A stretch of 14,327 nucleotides of DNA from Amoeboradix gromovi X-113 (taxonomy: Eukaryota; Fungi; Sanchytriomycota): positions 1 to 14,327 of the forward strand of contig JADGIF010000212.1 of the NCBI GenBank assembly GCA_018985225.1, written 5' to 3'. The notes under the pieces are model-generated. The model saw only the letters and a list, made by a program, of their open reading frames with translations, was not told where the DNA came from and did not search any database. A program made the translations under genes and the position numbers. Shown here in pieces: positions 8,401-14,327 of the stretch (position 1 is the first letter of the stretch; each line of letters starts with the position of its first letter).

Positions 8401-9716
8401 GGGACATTCAGCTTCTTTAACTTCTTCAATTTAAAGTCATCGAAACCAGATAGCAAACCGTACAAAATAACAGCAAAACACCATACATCCGATGAACTAG
8501 AAGGTTGGGCTAACGGATTAGATGTCAGTTCAGGCGGACACGATTCTTCATTATGAATCGTATTAATGTTGCTGAAGACATCTCTTACATAGAAAGGAAA
8601 CAATAAGATAGGATCCTTACCTTGAAAAATTATGAAGCTGCTGTCTTGATTCTTGTAGTAGAATCCTCTAGAGTGTATAAATTTAAACTGCTCAACTAGT
8701 GATGTGAATATAGGCTTCAAGGATTCAAATTGAAAAGTGGTAACCTGTAAAATCTCGGACAAACTTGTATATATGACAGACTTGTTTTTTAAGTAGAGAA
8801 CCTTAACAGTGACGTTCAATAAATCATCAACAGGGTACAATATAAGCTGATATTTGATTATGTTAAGTCGAGTATGACTATGTGAGAGTTTATCTAAAGT
8901 TCTCTGTAACTGGATTACCTCTGGTGGCAATTCAAAGGTATTGTCAACTATAGAGTAGTTTATAAGCTGATCTATCTTTATCATAATGTAATCATTCACA
9001 TCATCCTTGGCATGAAATAGATACTGCTTCCATGGGAATATTTTGACAGTAATAAGATTGCCAGGGAGAGCCTTCATACTAGTGACTATGGGTGCACTAT
9101 AGAAGAAGCTCTTTGTGTCGCTGCCATCACAGCGGAGTTTAAATTCATTAGAATTGAAATTTCTATTTTTAGCTAAAGTGCTTTTATTTTCAAGGTCTAG
9201 CTTGATGGATTGATCAAAACTGGCCTGTCTTTCACGTTTTTCTATTTCTTGTTGCTTCAAATTCCTTTGTTTTTCAATTAATTCTCGAGAGGAAAAGTCA
9301 TCAAGTTGACTTTTGCCTTGATAGCCGTTGCTAATCATTTCGGCTAAATTATAATGCGTGTTCAAAAACTCAGATGAGTGCTCGTGTAAATCAAATATCA
9401 TTTCCATACCCACACAGTTCCTTGCTAATCTTTGAAGTTCTTTTAACAGTACTTGGCAATCGGAGTTGAGAATGCATTTTTCGTTCTTAATGCTAATGAT
9501 AGGCTCGGTGTCAGGATATCTAGGTGTCAGCTCAATAAGAAGCGTTAATTGCACGAAATTCCGAAGGTCTTGTTTAGACGGCCTAGTGATCAGAGAACAA
9601 GCTTTAGATTTCTGGACATTCCAAACAGTTTTTATTAGTACTCGTTTAAAATCTTCACCAAATATACTTTGCAGTGATTCGAACTCCATTTCTTGTATAA
9701 GAGAGTAGTCCATCAT
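5496..9716 (-). CDS. GCN2: eIF2-alpha kinase GCN2
   Basis: 1406 aa. Domain order is RWD (QEMEFESLQSIFG, YPDTEP), pseudokinase, then kinase (SRYIKDFEE, GSGGFG, YAIKKI, VRYFHSWLE, acidic insert, LYIQMEFC, GDFGL). A HisRS-like region (DIYR...QPR) and a C-terminal domain follow. Confidence 0.95.
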   Translation of the reverse strand: MMDYSLIQEMEFESLQSIFGEDFKRVLIKTVWNVQKSKACSLITRPSKQDLRNFVQLTLLIELTPRYPDTEPIISIKNEKCILNSDCQVLLKELQRLARNCVGMEMIFDLHEHSSEFLNTHYNLAEMISNGYQGKSQLDDFSSRELIEKQRNLKQQEIEKRERQASFDQSIKLDLENKSTLAKNRNFNSNEFKLRCDGSDTKSFFYSAPIVTSMKALPGNLITVKIFPWKQYLFHAKDDVNDYIMIKIDQLINYSIVDNTFELPPEVIQLQRTLDKLSHSHTRLNIIKYQLILYPVDDLLNVTVKVLYLKNKSVIYTSLSEILQVTTFQFESLKPIFTSLVEQFKFIHSRGFYYKNQDSSFIIFQGKDPILLFPFYVRDVFSNINTIHNEESCPPELTSNPLAQPSSSSDVWCFAVILYGLLSGFDDFKLKKLKKLNVPNVFIDVLTSCTSIDPRDRPSFNELQKMESALFDGKTFNSIYNSRDLSNDAYLEQLGISPNTPSTFVPHSSRYIKDFEEIALIGSGGFGTVHKVLNKLDGKYYAIKKIKLYKNHSSYKQITREIRSLSQIDSPRCVRYFHSWLEQYQSTSASRQNSSSESELDSESDSLYLRKSYSDVEIEFDYADLQPALISPQVSFLKKSGEILESSNDDDHDFQQKEVLYIQMEFCDNLSLRDSIDKNIRSTEQAWKYFQQICEALQHIHSINIIHRDLNPKNVFIDKYDNIKLGDFGLSIFVTAQVEISKQNSTTLNSPLRHHSKSKSVTTDAVGTRLYIDPNQLTNRKTAFTVKVDIYSLGIILFELFYKFTTSMQRVHVLEDLRLPEIKFPNDFDMKLRTQYNLINSLLCHDPEKRPTSTDLLTSGIFPDSLQAINTSKATEIVLSNQTGIRQVTSELLKRTVKVFKDATYDVDANIQDLVSQSGHTHKVQQLLQRLFIARGAIMYNPPLLMPYTQNVVETMRSTDSAFLIDPLGASVVLPWDQSVNLSRILSKIHFPFSKIYIQNDIYRSSAALNQPRQIPQSLYAVVGNVDDDEFNKFAVLESVMLCNDLMDNLGIKNWYLCLNHCLILNDLLQLIASNDSDRQMLFKVLHLLPSHRFSTRDLQIPSVVDHNLLDKYNQRLPFEDLDLPCSINKYSKITNVDKLIIQLIGQDHVVWNPILAPTHLEANGIYFQLCIENQDKVHVGAVGEQQFDLNKMNESKQTSYTVRFGIPLLMRYSQDIKENSIVMICSYDPGLIKEKHEIAKMLRHNDISCDVWTGPIDHFDNNSSYSNLSHLLIMKNSKIVKLRDLQSKSEREIQQSQILIELNTILNKNTNIKMAANIVNFERKIYKRPVQQILDRLKDYSDTIHSAPVYVVEVTYKQLYQALIINDLVISEEIKGTIKSIQRQVKIYNQILIFTIDNQQMLYPQ

Positions 9717-9751
9717 GTCAAAACTCTAAACTTAGGAGTCTCTACACTTTT

Positions 9752-10000
9752 ATGGCAAACAATGACCCTTTGGTATTTGACAAAGAGTCCCTAAAATCGC
9801 ATTTACAGAAGGGTAAAAAGCGTAGAAAGAGTAAGAAGCAAATTGGAAAAGAGAAGTCACAACGGCATTCCAAAAAAATGAGTAGAAATGCTAAAAAACT
9901 CAAGTCTTTCAAAGTAGAAACAATAGGAATGCAACCGCTTGATGTTGAAATACCTGTATTAAATATCGAGGCTTCAGCTCAACAAGTGTTAAAAGGATGA
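9752..10000 (+). CDS. Small Lys-rich protein, possibly a truncated Rrp17/NOL12 (Nop25)-like protein
   Basis: 82-aa ATG-initiated ORF that fills the gap between GCN2 and EF-Tu. LVFDKESLKSHLQKGKKRRK loosely resembles the Rrp17/NOL12 motif FDxxxRxxYLTGFHKRK, so the family assignment is weak. Confidence 0.5.
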   Translation: MANNDPLVFDKESLKSHLQKGKKRRKSKKQIGKEKSQRHSKKMSRNAKKLKSFKVETIGMQPLDVEIPVLNIEASAQQVLKG

Positions 10001-10057
10001 CTGTTAATTGAGTAAAAATTGTTTTTTTCAGATTTTTAAATATCACAAGGGTCTAAC

Positions 10058-11275
10058 ATGTTTTTTAGAAGAACAATGCTTACAAGAACTTTGTGGAATA
10101 TCTTTGTGCGAAGTAAACCGCATGTAAACATCGGCACGTTGGGTCATGTAGATCACGGAAAAACTACTTTGACGGCTGCAATCACAAAGGTTTTAAGTGA
10201 AAAAGCAGGTGGACCTGGAGCGGTATTCAAAGACTATAAAGACATTGATAAGGCTCCCGAAGAGCAGCAGAGAGGTATCACAATCAGCACTGCACATGTT
10301 GAATATGAGACTGATACTAAACATTATGGACATGTTGACTGTCCGGGACACCAGGATTATATTAAGAACATGATTACTGGTGCAAGTACTATGGATGGTG
10401 CAATTTTAGTTGTTAGTGCTGGTGATGGTCAAATGCCACAGACCAGGGAACATTTGTTGTTAGCGAAACAAGTTGGTATCAATCATATTGTGGTTTTTCT
10501 AAATAAAGCAGACACTGTAGATGACGATATGATTGAACTGGTAGAAATGGAGATGAGAGATGTTCTTACCGAATACGGTTTCCAAGATGATACTCCTTTT
10601 ATTGCAGGCTCAGCATTGGCAGCATTAGAGGGGAAAAACGATAGCATAGGTAAAAGCAGAATCGAAGACCTAATGAAGCAAGTTGACTCCTGGATTCCTA
10701 CCCCCAAAAGAACTTTAGATAAACCGTTTTTGATGCCAATTGAAGATGTGCATTCCATTCCAGGTAGAGGTACTGTAATTACTGGTCGTGCAGAGCAAGG
10801 TGTCGTTAATAAAAATCAAGAAGTCGAGATTTTGGGATTTGGTGAAAAGATCTTAACTACTGTCACAGGTATTGAAATGTTTCACAAATCTTTAGATCAA
10901 GGACAAGCTGGTGATTCTATGGGGCTGCTATTAAGAGGAATTAAAAGAGACCAAATTAGGAGAGGTCAAATCGTCTCGATGCCAAACGCACTGTCTCTAT
11001 CAAAGAAACTTAAGTGCGAGGTTTATGTTCTCACAAAAGACGAAGGTGGTAGACATACGCCTTTCTCTGGCAAATACAAACCACAGCTATTCATGAGAAC
11101 TATGGATGTTACATGCCACTTAGATGCACATAAAGATTTGGTTATGCCTGGTGATCGGTTTACAGGAACTATTACTCTTGATACTTCACAACCTATCTCA
11201 ACTGGTGTTCGATTTACCTTACGCGAAGGTGGCAGAACCATCGGAACAGGTGTAGTAACTGAGATTATTGAATAA
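10058..11275 (+). CDS. TUF1: Mitochondrial elongation factor Tu
   Basis: [46 protein letters not shown] and the C-terminal [11 protein letters not shown] short Arg-rich, acid-free presequence [13 protein letters not shown] precedes them. Confidence 0.97.
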   Translation: MFFRRTMLTRTLWNIFVRSKPHVNIGTLGHVDHGKTTLTAAITKVLSEKAGGPGAVFKDYKDIDKAPEEQQRGITISTAHVEYETDTKHYGHVDCPGHQDYIKNMITGASTMDGAILVVSAGDGQMPQTREHLLLAKQVGINHIVVFLNKADTVDDDMIELVEMEMRDVLTEYGFQDDTPFIAGSALAALEGKNDSIGKSRIEDLMKQVDSWIPTPKRTLDKPFLMPIEDVHSIPGRGTVITGRAEQGVVNKNQEVEILGFGEKILTTVTGIEMFHKSLDQGQAGDSMGLLLRGIKRDQIRRGQIVSMPNALSLSKKLKCEVYVLTKDEGGRHTPFSGKYKPQLFMRTMDVTCHLDAHKDLVMPGDRFTGTITLDTSQPISTGVRFTLREGGRTIGTGVVTEIIE

Positions 11276-11315
11276 ATTCGCTATTTTTGCTGATACTTCA
11301 TTTTTTCAAAACAAA

Positions 11316-12212
11316 ATGTCATCTTCCACTCCACTCTTGCAGGCAGTCTTTCCGTCACTTAATGATATAAAATACCACGGATATTTGTTGACATTATTGG
11401 TCAAATTTGCATTTGATGAGCAATATCAGTGGAATAAAGTTATAGCTAGATTGAATAAAAAGGTTGCAAAAGTTTTAGAAAATGGGTATCCAGGGTATGC
11501 CTTGACCGAGGATGAGTGCAAGGATCTTTTTCATTTAATTATCAAAGATTTTAGAGCCTACAGAAGGTACCCGGATTCTGTTCCGCAAGCCGAATTTATA
11601 CAAGAATTGCTGGACATGCTGCATTCTGCTGTCATAATGGATATACAATACGATCTACATGTGTCTCGGAAAAAAAGGTCAAAGGAAACTAAGCTGTCAG
11701 ATCTACCAAAACGTGAGGAACCTGCTGACATTATGATAAGCGAATCAGATTTAGAATCAAATTCAAAAAAGTCTAAAAAAAAGCAAACTCAAAAAAGAAA
11801 AGCGCAGCTGGACCCTGTTGCTAAAAGAAGGAAAACCGAGGCCAATCTTGATTACTCTAGTTCAAATCTAAGTAGCAAAAATCAAAAAAAGATCATGACA
11901 ATGGCTCTTCAAGAGATTGAAGACCATAGGTTAGGATATTTGTTTGTTTCTATGAAGAAAAATTACGATGCACACCCGCATGGATGTAAAAAGTTGTTGG
12001 ACATCAAAAGCATAAAGAGTAATGTGTCAAAAGGTGATTATGACAACATAATTCAGTTTTTTGAGGATTGCATGCTCATGTTAGCAAATATTGTTATGCT
12101 TTGTCCAGAAGATTTAGTTGTTAAGAAGAATGCTTTGGAAATGATGAAATTTATTCAAGACAAATTTTCCATCACCGCTTCTGCACAATACAACGAAGAT
12201 TCCGGTAGCTAA
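11316..12212 (+). CDS. BRD8/Bdc1-like bromodomain protein (298 aa from the first ATG)
   Basis: N-terminal SANT/Myb-like pattern (LL.LLV...QWNKV...LTEDECKDLF) and a basic NLS-like linker. The C-terminal bromodomain HRLGYLF...LDIKSIKSNV...FFEDCMLMLANIVM...ALEM resembles BRD8. The ORF track's TTG start at 11268 is inside TUF1, so ATG 11316 is preferred. Confidence 0.7.
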   Translation: MSSSTPLLQAVFPSLNDIKYHGYLLTLLVKFAFDEQYQWNKVIARLNKKVAKVLENGYPGYALTEDECKDLFHLIIKDFRAYRRYPDSVPQAEFIQELLDMLHSAVIMDIQYDLHVSRKKRSKETKLSDLPKREEPADIMISESDLESNSKKSKKKQTQKRKAQLDPVAKRRKTEANLDYSSSNLSSKNQKKIMTMALQEIEDHRLGYLFVSMKKNYDAHPHGCKKLLDIKSIKSNVSKGDYDNIIQFFEDCMLMLANIVMLCPEDLVVKKNALEMMKFIQDKFSITASAQYNEDSGS

Positions 12213-12293
12213 GCTATCTACTTTGAGATCAAATTTAAGTAAATTTCTATATATTATGTAAACCGACCCCTTGTTTTAACTGATTCATTTCTT

Positions 12294-13638
12294 ATGAATC
12301 TTAGATTTCTATGGTGCGTATTCATATCAACCTGCTGCAACTTTCTGTTTGGATATCATTTAGTGGCTCTAAATAACTATTCTTTTATTACCGCATTTGA
12401 TATTGCAGCAGTCGGAGTAGCTACATCCATGTTCTCAGTGGGCGGTTTAGCTGGTTCAATTTTAGCTGGCATTAAAATGAAAAGAAGATACTTTTTTCTT
12501 GCCTGCGGCGTAATCACAGGGACTGGGTCGCTATTTCAATTGCTGCAGGTTGCTATTTTTGTGAGTGTTGGTAGAGTTTTAGTTGGTACTTTGTATTAAT
12601 TTAGGTGTTGGATGCGGCATCGGTTTAAGTATTAGCCCTTTGTATATATCAGAAATCACACCATCTAGATATCGTGGAGTAGTATCCAATGTTTCCAACT
12701 TTGTAACTGTTTTTGCAATATGCATATCCAGTTTGTTTGGTTATTTCACAGGCTGGGTGGTTACCGCTGGGGTGCCAATTATTGTATCATTAACTATAAT
12801 ATTTGGTCTATTTTTTACAGTGGAAAGTCCCAAATATTTGTACTATAATCAAAGTAAAGCAAAAGCAATCAAAAATTTAAGCAAAATTAGATCCGTAAGA
12901 TGGAATATACCATCAGAGATGCTGGCATGGGAAGCAAAGGATGAGTATGATTCCGCTTTAAGCATTCCGAAGGATGAAGATGATCGCTTGAGTTCATTTA
13001 AAGCTAACAGAAGCATTTTAGAGCTGTTTAGAACTAGGTCATATAGAAAGCACCTGCTTTTGGTCTGTATCTTGCACGCATTGCAGCAGATGAGTGGAAT
13101 GAATGTTGTTTACTATTATTCGACATTTATTTTTCGTGAAATATTTCCTACTTCTGCTAACCTGTACTCTCTGCTATTGACTGTGTTTAATATATTTTCA
13201 TCTGTTCCACTGTTCTTCATTATTGAGAGGTACAGAAGACAGACTTTACTTAAAATTACATTCATTGGTGCCGGACTTTCGCATTTACTTTTGTGTATCT
13301 CTTTGGTTCAAGGTATCGCTTATTTGTCTGTAATTAGTATGCTAGCTATACTGTTCTTCTTCAATACCGGGATTGGGCTGTTACCATTTTTGCTCATTCC
13401 AGAGCTCTTTGATCTTCCTATGGTTGGTTATGCTAATTTAATTGCTATCAGTGTGAATTGGTTATTTAATATCGCTGTCGCCGGAACGTTTTTAATATTC
13501 CTGATGGTACTCAAAGAATATGTATTTCTTATTTTCATGTTTTGCATGTTTTTTGGTGCCTATATTGTTAAATATTTACCAGAGACCCGAAATCTTAGCC
13601 CTGAGCAAGTGGTTAGCATAGCGAATTCAATTCATTAA
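12294..13638 (+). CDS. MFS sugar porter (GLUT-like, resembling fungal Vps73/Ybr241c); two exons 12294-12585 and 12605-13638, 441 aa
   Basis: FGYHLVALN, SMFSVGGLAGS, spliced GRVLVGVGCG...PLYISEITPSRYRG, VESPKYL, QQMSGMNVVYYYST.IF, PELF, NW and PETR motifs. The two ORF-track fragments join through a 19-nt intron. Confidence 0.92.
12586..12604 (+). other. 19-nt spliceosomal intron GTACTTTGTATTAATTTAG (phase 1)
   Basis: GT-AG borders. It contains an in-frame TAA. Removal rebuilds the canonical sugar-porter GRxxxGxxxG motif with no gap or extra residue. Confidence 0.9.
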
Positions 13639-13659
13639 AATAAATAATCTTAATTTAAT

Positions 13660-13857
13660 TTATGCATTTATCCCTTGGTTTCCTGGAAAATCAAAGAGTT
13701 TCCACAAAGAACTCAGATCGCAAATTGATACGTTACAGCTGTTGCTCGCGCTTCCAGCACCCTAAGGTGAGATAGAACAAAGATGCATGTAGTTTAAGTA
13801 TATGTTCTTCAATGCCATGTGGCCTCTATTTACTTTCAAATGACCGCTTCCAATGCC
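13660..13857 (-). pseudogene. Copy B of the unidentified dispersed element
   Basis: A single frame with one internal TAG (13762-13764): GIGSGHLKVNRGHMALKNIYLNYMHLCSISP*GAGSASNSCNVSICDLSSLWKLFDFPGNQGINA*. It is homologous to 2410-2615 and may extend upstream toward about 14100. Confidence 0.5.
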
Positions 13858-14327
13858 TTAAATATTTCTGGCACTCAGGAGGGCCCTTAGATAGAGTAAT
13901 GATTTATAGTTTAATATCCAATTTTTGCTTGCTGAATGAGACTATAGCAAATAAGGTAATTTCTTTCAAGAAGATGTGCTCCTGCTTGCCGTGTAGACGG
14001 CATAGTATCTACTTGCCGGTGTTGAGAAATCAGATATATATTCCAAAAGAGCACATTCCATTCCTTACAGTGGTGCCTTAAACCATGAAATATTACATGT
14101 GAGACATCAAATATAAAAACTGGACTAACTTTCAGTAACTACTTGGAACATTATTTCAGCTTTATTAATTTTATGGATTTAAGAGGCGAGTGGACATTCA
14201 GCTAGTTGCGGAGTTGACGAGTATAAAGGGAAAATAAATATTTTGTACAGCTATTCTCTTACTCTTTCATCCAATCTTTATTTCAAATAAAATATCACTA
14301 TTACACTTCAAAGACATTGACAAGAGT

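Noticed and set aside
1025-11241. Short antisense ORFs inside SEC6, SEC9, GCN2 and TUF1
   Set aside because: They are shadow frames of well-supported genes and have no motifs.
11268-11315. Apparent overlap of the bromodomain ORF with TUF1
   Set aside because: This is an artefact of a TTG start. The first ATG is at 11316.
12583-12604. Two separate transporter genes, or a frameshifted pseudogene
   Set aside because: A 19-nt GT-AG intron joins the fragments with exact motif spacing.
2487-13761. The inverted copies as terminal inverted repeats of an 11-kb transposon
   Set aside because: The copies are too diverged, enclose only housekeeping genes, and no transposase is present.
13762-13764. 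TAG reassignment to Gln: TAG aligns with CAA in the other copy, and none of the nine genes ends in TAG
   Set aside because: Several thousand codons of Gln-containing intact genes have no in-frame TAG. A CAG-to-TAG mutation in a relic and low TAG use in AT-rich DNA explain it.
13987-14002. Hairpin TGCCGT-GTAG-ACGGCA and nearby CTTGCCG repeat
   Set aside because: An isolated 6-bp stem with no counterpart in copy A, within chance expectation.
13812-14081. 89-aa plus-strand ORF
   Set aside because: No recognisable features, and it overlaps the opposite-strand relic.
14060-14090. U12 snRNA-like TGCCTTAAAC (+) or tRNA-Tyr-like TGGTTTAAGGC...CTGTAA (-)
   Set aside because: There is no U12 branch-pairing sequence and no T-loop or acceptor stem.
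14301-14327. Possible 3' end of a minus-strand gene (TLVNVFEV*) followed by AATAAA
   Set aside because: Only 27 nt are visible and another frame is also open, so it cannot be supported.

Overview
AT-rich, extremely gene-dense eukaryotic nuclear DNA, probably from a fungus or close relative. The fungal inference rests on the fungal-type mitochondrial EF-Tu motif [10 protein letters not shown] and on Sec9-, Fyv10- and Vps73/Ybr241c-like proteins. There are nine genes: SEC6 (+), SEC9/SNAP-25-like Qbc-SNARE (+), FYV10/MAEA (-), HGH1-like (-), GCN2 (-), a small basic protein that may be Rrp17/NOL12-like (+), mitochondrial EF-Tu (+), a BRD8-like bromodomain protein (+) and a GLUT-type sugar porter (+). 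Most intergenic gaps are only 18-160 bp. Main observation: two genes become intact only after removing a 19-nt GT-AG intron (3405-3423 on -, 12586-12604 on +). Both introns have the same length and a TTAAT branch-like motif at the same position, which points to an ultra-short, fixed-geometry intron system in a mitochondriate nuclear genome. The only two long intergenic regions carry diverged, inverted copies of one unknown element, either a decayed gene family or a structured RNA. GCN2 and the bromodomain carry substitutions at normally near-invariant residues. All calls are by eye; no searches were run.
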